Shown here: positions 23,792 to 38,038 of the stretch, in pieces
Position numbering within the stretch: the stretch's first letter is position 1
How the letters are laid out: each line of letters begins with the position of its first letter
Assembly: GCF_000150275.1 (NCBI RefSeq)
Contig: NW_002060944.1
Coordinates: forward strand, 8,704,159-8,768,158
Length of the DNA: 64,000 bases
Reading direction: 5' to 3'
From: Trichoplax adhaerens
Lineage: Eukaryota; Animalia; Placozoa
Notes under the pieces: generated by a model
Seen by the model: only the letters and a program-made list of their open reading frames with translations
The model's database searches: none
What the model was told of the DNA's origin: nothing
Position numbers and translations under genes: made by a program

Positions 23792-26700
23792 ATGGACGAG
23801 AAAATTTGCGATAAAACAAAGGATACGTTAGGAAAAATTATCAAAAAGCCACCATTAACAACAAAATTACTTAGTAAACCCCCTTTTCGATTCCTACATG
23901 ATATATTGACGGAGGTCGGTTTTACTTTATTTAAATTACATTTAATTTTAAGTTCATTCCATTGGTTTTTGCCAGAATTTTTCTTTCTACTTTAGAGCAA
24001 CCACATTATAATTATAATCAAGTGATTTTCTCAACCGTCTTCTAAAATTTCTAATATTGGAGTATAGGTAATTCGGACAACTGGCTTTATGGAAGGTTTA
24101 TATACCAAAGATGAGATGAATTCTCAAAATGTTAAGGTTATTTGATATAATATAGTTGTTTCTTAAAAATATCCGTTAGTTGCAAGGTTACAGGATATCG
24201 TCATGCATTTAAACTTCGAGTAGAACGACTATTGGTTGCAGTCTTTTACGTTTCTCTAAGTTCCCCAATTTTTATTTGAATATATTTGGCGTTGTATGCG
24301 AGGTGATAGTACTGCACCTGTTGACTTGTAAACTTCTTTCATAGGATAAAGATAGCAAAATGGCCTTCCTACAAAAAGCTGTGGATTGTATTTGTAAGTA
24401 ATATATGTTGCAAATATTAGTGACGTACGGACTATTAAGTTAAGGTTGATATTAGCAAATTTTGGGCATATCTACTTTTTCTTTCCGTTGTATATGTGCG
24501 ATCTTTGTGAAACTAAAATATTTAATCATTGTTGGTTGTATAGGCCATGTTACACACCAAAATTTATCAGTAAAGCCATCTAAAATTGTGTCCGGTCACG
24601 AGCCAGAAAAAACTAATGAACTTTTACAAGTTATGGCTTTGGCTATAAGTAATAAGGTAACAACACTTTACTGCCAAGAAAATTATTGCTTCTTACTCAA
24701 AATAGGAATAGTACGTAAAATATGATTGCATATGAAAGCAACTTTGAAATATGTTCATGTTCTAGACGGATAGCTCTGATGCTGTTAAGAAAGTTTTATC
24801 TGGTGTGAAACCGTCGAGGGTATCTTCGGGGTAAAATATGAAATACTCATTATATTCTAATTAATCTAAAGATTCTAGTATTGTTGCTAAAAATTTACTG
24901 CATAGGTGCTAATGTTGATATTGTTCGTATAGCAAAAAAAGGGAAGGAGGTTCAGGTAAATCAAGTCGTTCTAAAGAAAATGATGTCCGACAATCCAGTG
25001 CCGAACGATCACAGAAAGAAGTACGTTGTTTAAAAGATAAGGAATGTTTCATTGTCGTCTATACGTGCGCCTTATTAAGTTTTTCATTATAATTTTGGTA
25101 GCAAAAGAACGGTAATCAAGAAAATATACCTAGTCATACTGAAAATGAAGAAAGATCTAGAAAAGAAAGACACACGCCAAAGGAAGAGAAGAAAGCTGAA
25201 AAAGAAGACAATTCAAAGGTATTAATTTGGATTGAACTAAGTAATTAGTATTTAGTCCGTACTACAATATATTCTTATCGTTACCTATATCTATATGTGT
25301 ACTACATGTCATGTTACGCACGCATTAATGTAATTAGATGCTATAATAATTAATAATAAATAACGGTTATTGCTAGCAGAGGGTTCCTCACGATGAAGAG
25401 GTTAAAGGCAATGATCCGGCACCAGTTGAACAGGATTCTCGGGGAAAACAGGTTAATTTTGATTTAGATTTATAAAAAATGGGAGGCATCGGTGCGTCTC
25501 ACCATTCTTGATAGAGGTGATGATAGGTGATAAAAATGAAGACCTTTTTGATAAATAATTTAGAATGATGTTCCGCCAGAAGCTGACCAACGTCCATCTT
25601 CACCAAAAGGATCTCGGGCTACCAGAGAAAAACTGGATGACGGTATATCTCATATTTCTTGTATCTACTGATCAGAAAAAAAGTCTCTCTAATTAACTAT
25701 TGTAGACAACCTCTCTAAATTTATATTATAGAAACAAACGATAAAGCTCTACGCAAGCCTCGCTCTGGTAATTTGTTTTTACAGTTTTAATGTGGTGGTA
25801 AATGTTTTCTGGCACCATATTTGATTTAGCACTGCATAAAAAATGCTATATTGCAGCGAGCTTATAAAGATGATTGACTGTTTTTATTGATATAGCCTAT
25901 AATAATGTACTTATATAATATTAGCCAATAAGGATACAACAGATGGGCCAATCAGATCTGCAAAATCCGATCGGCAACGATTAAATGGAGCGATGAATGA
26001 AAATGATGAAACTCCTGTGCCCCGTGTTTATAGCGGGTAAAGCATGTTTTTGGCGGAACTTTTCAATTAATACCTCCTATTATCATACGAGATATCTAAC
26101 GTAATGAAACGAAATTAATTTAGTCACGTAGAACGACCTAGTAGTGCAAGACCTGCACCACCGAGGCCTCGGAAGCCTGGTTCTGGAGATGATCGTACTA
26201 GCCGGTACAGTTTTGAATTACCTTTCAGTTCTATTTTCCTACGTATGGTTTTATATAATTTTATTTATATTTTATGGTATTAATGTTTGCTAAATACTTT
26301 AGGAATAGCGGTTCTGCAAAAGCTGTTGCCAATGTCATTGTTGATAATGGCAATGAACAAGAGTCAGAAGATGAAACATTTGTCGTAGAAGAGACACAAC
26401 CTACTATTATAAAGGTTAATCATAAAACTAATTTTTATTGTGCTGGACGCTAAATTTTCTATGGAGGCTTGTGCCATATAAAACATTTAAAAGAATACTG
26501 ATAGCCGTCATGTTTTTAATTTAAGAATACATGTACAAAGAGTATAGTATGTGTTAGAAATATTTTACTTGCAATGTATTTTGAGTATATATTAAGTGTG
26601 TGTTGAGCAGTGAATTTTATATTGAACTGTAAACAGGATGAGCAAGTTGTAGACAATATAGAAATTGAAAATGAAGAACACGGTGGGCTTGTAAAAAAGA

Positions 26701-28022
26701 TTTTAGAAACAAAGAAAGAACTCGAGAAGAAAGGGCCTAAAGGACCTGATACGGTAATCAACACATTTAAGAAAGTTTAGTAAGGAAGTGGCGCATCTAG
26801 ATGTATTCTTTCTATATTATTTGCACATTATTACAAATGATAAACCTAAAATTCTTTGTTTTGACAGTCCAAATCCATTATACCAGATGCAACTAGGAAG
26901 AAGGAAAGGGAATTAGTGGAGAAAGAGGTTTGTTAATTCGATTTGCAAGAATTTAAGATATATGATATTTTTAAGTAATGTTATGATGATTATTAAACTA
27001 GATTGAAAAGCTGAGAGTCACTATTCAGAATTTATGCCGAAGTGCTAATCCATTAGGTAAGATTATGGATTACGTGCAAGAGGACATTGACAGCATGCAG
27101 AAAGAATTAGAAACGTGGAGATCAGAAAATACCGATCATGAAATGGCTCTAAAGCGCGAGAGAAAGTAATACTGTTATTCCGAAAGCTTATTAATTTTAG
27201 TATTTGGAATACTTTCATTTCATGTCTAAAGCGTTTGAAAGCTAACGATTGCTTATTCTATTTTTGTTTAGTGCATCTGAAACTGCGATTGAACCATTAA
27301 AATCACAACTGAAAGAGATTGAATTAGGCATAGCCGATAAGGTATAACTATTTTTTTCTGGCGAATACTTCTGATTATACAGCATGTTACGACATGGGAA
27401 TTGTCATCTTTAAATAGATTGATTGCCTAGATGGCTTACACATACAGTATGTATCACTGCTATGCGAAATTGTCAATCTTGCATTGCTGTGAATTATAAT
27501 ATTTATTGGAGGATATATTTTTTTATCAGATTGTTGATTTAATTTTTAGTAGTTTGATATATTTTACTCTTTCGCTGTGCAGTATATTTGTAGAAATAAA
27601 AAGACTTTGCAGTGAATAGGAATGCTTAGCCTACGAATTTAGTATGTAGTTAAAGTAACGATGGTAGTTGCAATTCGTTGATTGAACCGTAAAAATACTA
27701 TATTTATAAAATTGTTAGGCGTTAATACTACAGTGTTTTAAATATATACTAAGTTAGTCCCCGTATCATAAAGTAAACCTAACTAGGCAAATCGTACAAT
27801 ACTACGATTAAACTAGTGCTCTATAATAATTGAAAAGTATGGATTAAGAAGTGGCAAGATTTTCGTGTTCAATTTGTTATTTATCATTCGTTTCAACTAA
27901 AATCGATTTTTATTTGAAATCCATTCCAGATTGAGCTTATTAGCACCGTAAAGGCCAATATCTTGAGAAATGAAGAAAAAATGCAGAAAATGATTAATGG
28001 GATATTTAGTTCTAGGTCGTAA
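23792..28022 (+). CDS. TRAF3IP1: TRAF3-interacting protein 1 / intraflagellar transport protein 54, multi-exon
   Basis: N-terminal [26 protein letters not shown] and [16 protein letters not shown], then [12 protein letters not shown] and [17 protein letters not shown]-terminal coiled coil [26 protein letters not shown]. Last exon [18 protein letters not shown] ends at TAA 28020-28022. Confidence 0.95.
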
Positions 28023-28502
28023 TTGTTTATAAAATAGTAATTATTCTTATTGGTATTAAAGGTCCTAATTTGGGATATCGTTGTGACATACATACAGTAC
28101 ATGCTATAGCTGTTTAGTAAGCGCGATCGTAAAGATTGATCACAATCGTTCATTTTTGATCCTGTACAGATAATGTAATTTATGTGGCCACTCTGTATTG
28201 CAGTTAAAAGTAAAGTTGGTATTTGTAACTTTTGACGCATCCGAATGGTCAAAGTTTCCTTGTATTGTCGATTGATTGATTGATGTTGATGTACCTACTG
28301 TCCACTTACGTAATGTAGCACTGATTAAAGTTGTAGTTATGGAAATTGTATCATGGCCGTTTTGATGATGGAATTGTACTATGGACTGGCAAGTTTGAGA
28401 TATGTTGTGAATAGTATCCTATTGATTGCAACCAGAATGATTTCACTATTTCACTTTCATCGCAGTAGGTATTGACTAGAAGTCCAAGAATTGACCCAGT
28501 TG

Positions 28503-29112
28503 GTACGTGCAGTACAGTACAGTACTACAGTGTACAGTATGTAGAAATGCTTTTTTCACAACTATACTGTACAGTTCCAGATTCTGCGCTGTAAAAAAGT
28601 TGTCGCTTTCGGGCCACCGTAGTGTACTGTACAGTACTGTACTGTACATACAGTCCACAGCGCAGTACTGTACACTGTAGTGGAAGGTTGACATGTCCGT
28701 CCGTACTGTACCTCCAGTGTTACGCAGGAACATCAGTAGATTCAGTTCTGTAGCACGTACAGTACAGTACATACTGCTCTCTGTGTGGATTCTACTGTAC
28801 TGTACTGTACAGTATACTGTAGGACTGTAGAAATTCTTTTTTCACACCTGTACAGTACAGATTCTGCGCCGTAAAAAAGTTGTCGCTTTCAGGCCACCGT
28901 AGTGTACAGTCCACAGTACTGTACACTGTAGTGGAAGGTTGACATGTCCGTCCATACCGCACCTCCAGTGTTACGCAGGAACATCAGTACTGTAAGTTTT
29001 GTTAGTTCTACTGCACTGTACAGTACTGTACACTGTAGAGTACAGTACAGTACTGTACTCTACTCCTCTCTGTGTGGATTCTACTGTACTGTACTGTATA
29101 GGACAGTAGAAA
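28503..29112. repeat. ~280-bp tandem duplication (units start at ~28541 and ~28827) studded with TACAG/TACTG arrays
   Basis: Duplicated backbone gattctgcgc.gtaaaaaagttgtcgctttc.ggccaccgtagtg...ggaaggttgacatgtccgtcc...ctctctgtgtggattc. The copies differ mainly by pentamer insertions. Confidence 0.9.
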
Positions 29113-29812
29113 AACGCGGGCAAATCAAAATAAAATAAAACATCGAATGTATACGAGCGGGTTGAAGTTAATAAGTGTACGCGGACAGTAAATCTGTTTG
29201 CATCGTGACGGCACCCAAGCTGATAGGGATTGACTAGCAATTATAAGGTTAAAAAGTCAGGCTTAATCGTCTTGAAAATCATCATTTATTGTGGTTAAAA
29301 TCAATTCAACTTGACTTAATACAAGATTGTGGAAAAGACGAAGGTCATCGTGAGACTACTGTTGGTATTCGATTGTCCTACATGCTTGGATAACTTTCTC
29401 ATTCGTCGTCATTTTCGTCGTTGATTTAGCCATTATTATTACGCTTGTGCAACTGAAGGTGTCGTCTACTGGTGTTACTCCAGTTGCAGCCGATTGCACC
29501 TGAATTATTAAAAGGCAAAGCTTACTGCTTGTATAGGATACATTGAATCATCAAGAAATGGCTCCAACTGCCATCTTCTTGTCATAGTTCTCTGGATTGC
29601 TTTTACTCCATTACTACAACGTTCTTGATATTTCCAAAGAGTTTGAAGGTAGGTTTGATGATGGCACCAGTGTTGTTTGCTTTGAAGATCGATCTTTAAT
29701 TGGTATCCTAAGTTAGTATCCCAATAATCATTTCACATTAATCTTATCCAGTGGAACCTTACAGTATATCGTATTGAATCTTTGTTATTACTACGTTACA
29801 TCGTATTAGAAA

Positions 29813-29824
29813 GGGGGGGGGGGG
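29813..29824 (+). repeat. G12 homopolymer
   Basis: 12 consecutive G in an otherwise AT-rich region. Confidence 0.9.
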
Positions 29825-30920
29825 AGGAGAAAAATAGTGCAGCACTGTCTTGAAAGCCGATATAGTACTAATAAGTGAATCAGATTGGCTGCTTCCAATA
29901 TTGCTGGAATAAACTCAGGAAACCGTTTGTAGCTGGTGTATAGTGGTATAGTGTAGTATTTTGCATAGTGGATAGCATGCACAGTATTTCTAGGAAAATT
30001 GGAGGATAACCGCGTATCATCGAGTAAATAGTACTGATTTGAAACGGTTTAATACTGTCTTGTATCTTAGTGACTACCCGTTGTTGTTATACTGTATACT
30101 TGATAATAACGCTAGGGAAAAAATGCGAAGAAAAAAGAATAAAAGTGATGTCCTTTTTCTCTTCTTTTTATACATATTATTCTTTCATGATGAGCAACGT
30201 AATTATGTGAGCACATTATGCTATGATTATTGATTGTTAAGAAGAGGATTAGACGCGTTGTACATTCCATTGGAGTTCTATATAGAGCGTAAAAAGAGTA
30301 ATGCGTTGAAGTTATGCACTGACAGAGGACAGGAATGGAAATAAATTAATCGAATTGAATTATTCTCAGTCTTGGGTAGTTACAAAATGGTAACGGTATC
30401 TACGTATGAAGACAATAACTACAAAGACTCAACTGTACTTTACTGTCGTTATTTTGAGAGAATGTTTATACGGTTAATTTGGGGGAGATTAAATGACTAC
30501 TGATTTAAAAACAAGGAGACCAATAGCATTTTGAAAGCGTATGATCACACCGCATGGTAGTATTGAATATCTACAGTGAAAGTATTTTTAAAAAATAGCA
30601 AATGAAGTACGATTTGATCGATAGAGTGTATACCTTAGTGACATCCTAAATGCTTGTACTTTATTAAATAATAATAATAATTAGAGAATGAGGATATCAA
30701 CTAGAGATCTTCAAGGTCATGTGAAGCGTACGGTCGAGATTGGCATTATAATTTTATGTTTACGTAATCCTACTCAGAACTTTTTAGATCCTCTCAGGCG
30801 ATGTCATCAACTTACTCAGTAGCCTACTATACAGTGTTAACACACGTATTAACTGTTACCAATGCAATATTTTATGCAAGTATAGGTCAGAGAATTTACA
30901 TCGAAGATTAGGATTGAACT

Positions 30921-33900
30921 ATGGCTTCATTACATCAAGACTTTCTGAAATTGTGCCAAAACGGAGCTGATAGCGTAAAATTCACCGATTTTATGATCCG
31001 CAATGTAAGGGTGTACAACGATAGTGTTGCGGTTACAGTTATTTACAGTAGCGCGATAAATTCTTGACGACCAATGTGCTAATATATTTTGTAGTAAATT
31101 AGTCAATGTTAGCGATTCAATTTATTATCATAATAAGAGATTGTGGATAAATCTAATCTGATAAGGTACCCTACACATTATCATTATATCATAATTACAG
31201 CAAATTCGAACTGTACTGTTGTAGCCTTTATAATGTTATAACATTTCTAGCTACACAGCTACGATAGTTTATAATTATGTATTTCCTATCGTTATTTTGT
31301 CCCCACTTATGTGACATAGAATATGAATTGATAAATTTTAGGATTTACGCCAATTTAACATGAATTCTCGCTTTGTAAAGTTGATAATAAATTATAGCGC
31401 GATCTAATAGAAATATAATATTTACAAGTACATTATTGTTACTGTAGATAATGTAATAATGAAATATGATTTGATTTTTATTATTTCGCTAGTGTAAGCG
31501 TAACAGTTCTTTCAGTTTGCCGGAAGTACTTCAAGAGTTAAACAAACAAGAATCGAATCAATTGTGGAAAGGGATATTGGGTATTTGCAATTCTGTCCTA
31601 GGTAATTTTCATTTTGAATTGGCAGAAAATGAATTTTTTGAGCAGGATTTGCAGGTATGTTGTTAAGTATAAGAATTAAATGCACATGAGCTATGATAAT
31701 ATTTAGTACAAATTTAATCGTGAGTACTACTGTAAAGGAACAGTTTACACCACAGTTCGCTACTTAATTATGGAAATCATCTGATATTTTTTATGTTGTT
31801 AACTCTATTGCATCGATTATCTTGGAAGTCACAGTCATTATCGATTGTAGTGATTCAATAGTCTTATTGGCTACAAATTTTTCATAGTTTTATTTCTATA
31901 ATTTAGGATCGGATGGGTGCTGTCGATTGTTTGCAAGAAGTTACCAAAGTTATTAATGCTGCTTTACAAATCAAGACAGACAAAGATGGTATTGAGCCTT
32001 CGTTGCATGAGATTGCTTCAATACTACACGGTAATTGTTGAAGCTTAATTGCTTTGGTAAATTTTACAATTATAGCAAGTAATACTGTAGTGCAATTATT
32101 ATGAGGTACACACGTCATTTCGATGCCTTTAAAATATTCTGAAAAATGCTGGAATGCATAATAGTACTGCAATCTATGAGATCATTACATTTTAAATGGC
32201 TTTGCTGATTCTTCATATCATTGAGATGATCTTAGGTCAGTGTTTTATAATTTAACATGTAGGTATTTTAATGTCACTTCCGGAAGCCGCGATTACTTTA
32301 CAAGATAGTATTTCACGGATCTGCGAATTGTGGTATGAGATATTCTAATGCATTATCATTGTTGAAAGAAATAGATTTTCAATCTTAACATCTATTATAT
32401 GATCTATTAGGTGGAGTAAAGACTTTAGTGCTAAGGAGGAGCTGATTCCTCATATGGTTCCATATCTGTTAATGAGATGCTTACAGCCTGATGCCGTTTT
32501 GAAGGATATCAAACGTTTATGGCAAATACGCAATTGTCTCCTGCTGTTGGATTATGATGATCCATCAGCAGATTCTACAAAGCTATTGTTGCTACGCTGC
32601 TATATGCAACCGTTATTTTTGAAAACTGATGAGGTAGAAACTCAAATTCAATAAATCGTGTTTAAATATCCACAAGAAATTGTAAATTTTAGTAGTAGCC
32701 GTAGTAATGTAAGATGATACTAACCCATACTTAAACTGCCTCTTTATATTGCTAATTACTCTTTATAGATACTTCTGTAGCTTTCATTGTGGTTATTAAA
32801 TTTTAATAAATGAATGAGTGTATTGGCAATAGACATAACAGGATTAATTATATTTCGAAAGGACTTTATTTGAAGATATTCATAACTTAGTTTTGATTAG
32901 TATTAATAATTATTCACGGTTAGTACTATTTTTCCTGTAGGGTCGTCGCATCTTAACTTATACATTTGGTTTACATGTTCCATTGATTGAAGACATTCAT
33001 GCTACTATTAAAAATAACATACCATCATCTTCAAGGTAAAATTTGAAATTTTTAGGAAATTTGTTTAAGATCTTTGAACTCCGCTGATTACCCTTCTGAT
33101 ATTTGACCATGCAGTTTGTCGTTTTATTTACCAATCATTACTGTAATTACGCAATTGCTAACTGCCTGTACTGTACACTGCAAATATATTATGCATGTTC
33201 TGAATTATATCAATTTTTTAGTTACTGTTTATATAATTTAATAAAAACATTGAATGATAGAGTATCTAGTATTTATTAATTGATTATTGTATTAATTTAA
33301 GATCACTTCAAGAATATTATGGGGAAGTTTATTTTCGGGCATGGCGCTCTTCTTCTGGACCGTATCGCGAAAAAATTGAAAATTTCTGCATTCAAGATTT
33401 AATGCATCATGCAATTCATGCTAGAATAAGTAGGCCATCGATAGCTGCTGCTCTGAAAAGGGTAATGACAAGTTAAATCGATATGTTATCTATTTAAACA
33501 TTTAGGAATGCAGGTGTAGAATAGGACCACAGATAAAATTTTATAGACAAATTTAAAGTGCTCAATCTACTCTTCATCAGATTTTAGATCAGTTTCATCG
33601 TGAAAAGAAACAAAGCGGTGTCGATAAAATGTTACTTACGTTATATCAACCAATAATTTGGCGTTCTTTGAAAGTTGCTAACGCTATTGTTAGAGCTAAT
33701 GCGGCGGCCTTGTTATTTAGTGCATTTCCATTGCATGATCCTGATGGCGCCAATGAGGACATTGATATTTTAATGCAACGTCAATTTGACGCTTTTGCCG
33801 TTAGTGCTTCTTTCAATTATTTATTATATCGTTGTTATTGAAATTTTAGTTTTGGATCAATAATTACTTGATTGTTTTAGGATTTATTACAAGATCCATG

Positions 33901-36900
33901 TCCCAATGTTCGTGAGGTTACAGTTAAGGGTGTTTGTCGCGCTATTAGCATATTTTGGGAGTTGATTCCAATCGGCGTACTCAATTCATTGTTGAACAAA
34001 CTTGTCAATCAGCTTGCAAATGATGGTTCATCAACAGGTGTTCGCTGTGCAGTTATTAAAGGCCTGTCTTTTATTTTGGATAACCATCTAAGTCAACCTT
34101 CCTTGAAAGCTTTATTACCGAAGCTAACAAATCATATTCACGATTTTTCTGAGCGTGTTCGCCTTGCATTTATTGATCTTTTGATTCTTGTAAAAGGTTC
34201 ACTTGGAATTAAGGTCAATATAAAATTCATTATTAATCGGTAGATTATTGTAATTATCGGCTGATTGAATATATAGTATTACTTCAATTACTTTTCTATG
34301 ATTTTTTTATAACTGCTTCTTCGTACTTGTAATGATAGTTTTGGGAAATTGTTCCTAGTGAACATTTATTAGCTCGTCTTGAAATGGATACATCTGAAGT
34401 AGCTGGAAAAATTGTAGAATTACTATTTAATTCGTTTATTCCGCTAACTAGGGGCGAAGATGTTCAGGTTTGTGGTATTGAAAAATAATTAACTACAGAT
34501 CAGTTTTGTCTGCATATTTTAAATTATTTATATAGCAGATTATAAGTCTTGTATTTAAAGTTGTATGTATTTACTGGAAATCTCATTTATTGTTGATAGA
34601 TAACTAGATGCGTAACTTTATTACGCACTAATTCCAATGCTGCACGTCGGTTTTACCAATTTGCAGTTCGTTATATGTCTGTCGACGCAACTGGTAATTT
34701 ATCAACTGTATATTTGATGTTCAGAATTGGTAAAAATCAATTAATGGTTTATTTTGATATTACGGTATTTAGGAAAATATATTATAACTCTATGTCGTTA
34801 CGTGCTATCTTGCCTCGAGTCGGATTTACGTCAACAAGATGATAATATGAAAGAGAATGTGCGAGATCATAATGTAGATAATGGAATGGAAAGTGAAGTA
34901 AATGACGAAGTGAACGATGAAAAAATAATGCAAGGTTTAATGGAAACTATCGCAATTCTATGGACTCAAATTTATAATGAATTGCAAAAGGTTAAAAATA
35001 TTTACCATTATCTTGTATGATTTCTTGTTTACTATTTCATTGTATATTGATTCAAACTGCTTTTTTTGATAGCCTGTAAATGAAAATATATGTAATAAAC
35101 TTAAGATGAAATTTGGCAAGGCTTTACCAGTGCTCTGGACTGCTTTTAAGGTATTTTAATTGGGTTGATGGCTTTAAATGATAAAGTTTATTAATGATAA
35201 TTGTTAATACGGAGCGTATGTTAAGGAAGTTTTATTTATTTTTATTTATACATAATTGAAATGCTAATATCTAGTATACTATAATAGACTAGTCCTTCTG
35301 CGGCTGCAACTATCACTATTGCAGGTTGCTTACCAGCTACTCAAGTCTCGGAACTAAGGTTTGAATGAAGTTCATTTTTAGCTTTCATTCCCGGTCATAA
35401 CTTAATTGTTATTGTGATTGATTTCTTTTATTAGCCAAGATTGCTATGATGATTTAGTTTCGGTATCCAATGATGCTCTACTGGATAATTTTAACCACTA
35501 TGTTAGCAGTTTATGTATGTGGGGTCGATGTGATGTTATTTTAGAGCAAATTATGCGTTGGCTGCAGTTCGAAATTTCTAGTAAAGATAAAGCCGTACAT
35601 GAAGCACCTGTAGGTGTAATCATACAATTATTAATTATGATTTAACGAAATTACACTGTCGCTGTATATTTTTATTGTTATCTGAAGTTATTGCTATTTT
35701 TTATTTACGATAGTCTAAGAAAAAGAAAAGATCTAGAAAGACTGCATTACACAATGCAGAAAAAAAACCAGAGTTAGCTTTGCGTATTCTAGATTTTATG
35801 ATGGTAATAAGAGTCATGATGTTTGCCTTTTCGTAATATTAGAGTAGCATTTTAGCAGTTTATGAACTTTCTCATAACAAAATTTCTTTCCAGAGAGATG
35901 CTAAGTGTCGCCCTTGGATGCTTGCACGCCATGACAGATTACGTCCTGTTATTGAAAGGTTGAAACTAAGTATGGTAAGTACTGTATTAATAAGCATTTA
36001 ATGACATAGAGTGTCAAATTTTTAGCTAATTTGTTATTATTTTATAAATATTCAAGGATAATATTGAAAATGTCTTCAAGAATTCGACAAGTAATAATGA
36101 TGGTTTCCGAGAGTCATCGATCTTTAACCTTAAATTTGGTTTTGAAATATATCACCGATTACTTATTCACTTAGCTTTTGAGGTATAAAAAAATATGAGA
36201 TCCTAGCGTTGATCTTTTGATTTCTCAGTAAATTGTTGCAATATGCTTTCATGGAAATATTTAGGAGCGGAATAATACCAGTCCTGCACTCTTTCTACGG
36301 GATGATGTTTGTGATATGCTATCTTGGGTTAAGCGAGTTATCTTACCTAACGTTGAAGCTGTAAATGATAAGAGTGAAGACGATGACACTAGTAATAAGA
36401 AACGAAGTAATTCATCCAAAGTAACTGAAGTAAAAACCGATTTAGGGATTGGTATTTTGGAGGTGTGATATACTATAAGTATCACGCATTTCGTTTAATA
36501 AAATAATATCTTCATATTAATAATGAAATGCCGTAATAGTTATTTGCATAGCATTTACGTGAAGCATCTATTGGGTTTTAAATTTAATCGTTTAGGTTGC
36601 GATGACTATCGTACATGATGCCTTAGTGTTCACACCTATAAATGTAAGACTAGCTGGGGATGTCATTCAAATTTTAAAACAAACAGTTACAAAAGGTTTG
36701 TGCTGTACAACTTAGCTTGTATTTCAGCTACGAGATATGTAATGGAACGTCAGGGAAATAAATTTCAAGTTTTGTCTCTAATTTGTAGTGGCAAGCAACC
36801 GTCAAATTTTTTTACAATCAGTAAAAATTGTTTGTCACCTGGCCAGGCATAGTTTATTTTCGTACATTGGCAATGACTCTGGTAAGGATAGACTTATGTG

Positions 36901-38038
36901 AAGACCGAAAAGTCTTGATGTTATTAAAGGAAATATTTGCTTATGATCTTATATACTATATTGATTGCACTTACGCACCATACTTATTATCTCAATAGGC
37001 TACATAGATGTTTGCTCAAATTCTACTACATTGGAAATCGTCAAGTTTATATTAGAAACTTGGCTGACTTTATCCGAGGATAATTCGTACAAAGTTAGAT
37101 TATAATTAATTGCTTACTGTGTGGATATTTTCATTCGTTATTTTCCAAATTCACTGATACTTACTCTTTATAACCGATCAGTATTGACTGTTTTGTTAAA
37201 TTTTTAGGCTAGTACTAATGTGAACGGAGCAATTTCCGTTTTAATCTGGACATTAATTCGCCTCCAATGTGTCACGGATTCACCGGATGTGAATTACCTG
37301 AAATTAGTTACTGAACTTGTAATTTGTGACACACAACGCCATTTAAAAAAGGTAATCTTTTCGAATTAAAATTTACATGACGATCAAGCGTCCCAAACTG
37401 ACTTTAAAATGTAATTTAGTTCTTGCAATATTTATGCTTTTATATAGCTTTGGCATGCAGATAAGTTGGAAAATTTTGAAGCAAATCTCATCAAGCCGAT
37501 AGCTTCTAGCATCTTAGGAGTTTTATTTAGAAATTCTGCTGTTGAAAGGTACTACATATTGTCTAACGTCTTTATACAAGAAAATTTAATTCATTCGATT
37601 TCTCTACCTTTTATTGCGTCAGGCGCTGTGCGGAAGAAATTATACAAGCAGTAAATAGTAGCCGTATCGATTTTTGGTATTGCGCCGCTATTGTACAAAT
37701 ATTAAGGCAGTTTAAAAAGGGTAACTATGCTTTAGCCATTTGCAACAGTTATCTACTGCAAAGTTTTATGAACTTTGTAGTATTGATTAACGGTGCTTTG
37801 TTGTCTTTGATTGTAGACGATAGAATAATTGATGCTGCATCGAGACAATGCCTGGAACAAATACAGAATTATTTTAACAGTAGGGAACTAGGCGATGATC
37901 AAGTGAACGATTCTCGGCTTAGGCTAGTTTTATGTCTATATTTTGGATTTGATATGACAAAGTATGTTGTAACTATTATTAACCCTTTTCACAACTTGTA
38001 GGCAAGAATTAATGGATATGGTGGTGGCTAATAAGTAG
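30921..38038 (+). CDS. NCAPG2: Condensin-2 complex subunit G2, multi-exon
   Basis: Exons translate to FSLPEVLQELNKQ..QLWKG, DIKRLWQIR..LLLLRC, YGEVYFRAWR, LYQPIIWRSLKVANAIVRANAAALLFSAFP, LLQDPCPNVR, IHDFSERVRLAFIDLL and FWEIVPSEHLLARLE. The ATG at 30921 and the last exon ending TAG 38038 are inferred. Confidence 0.92.

Noticed and set aside
28503-29112. CRISPR-like appearance of repeats with intervening sequence
   Set aside because: Eukaryotic context, no constant repeat or spacer length, the intervening sequences are themselves duplicated, and there are no cas genes.
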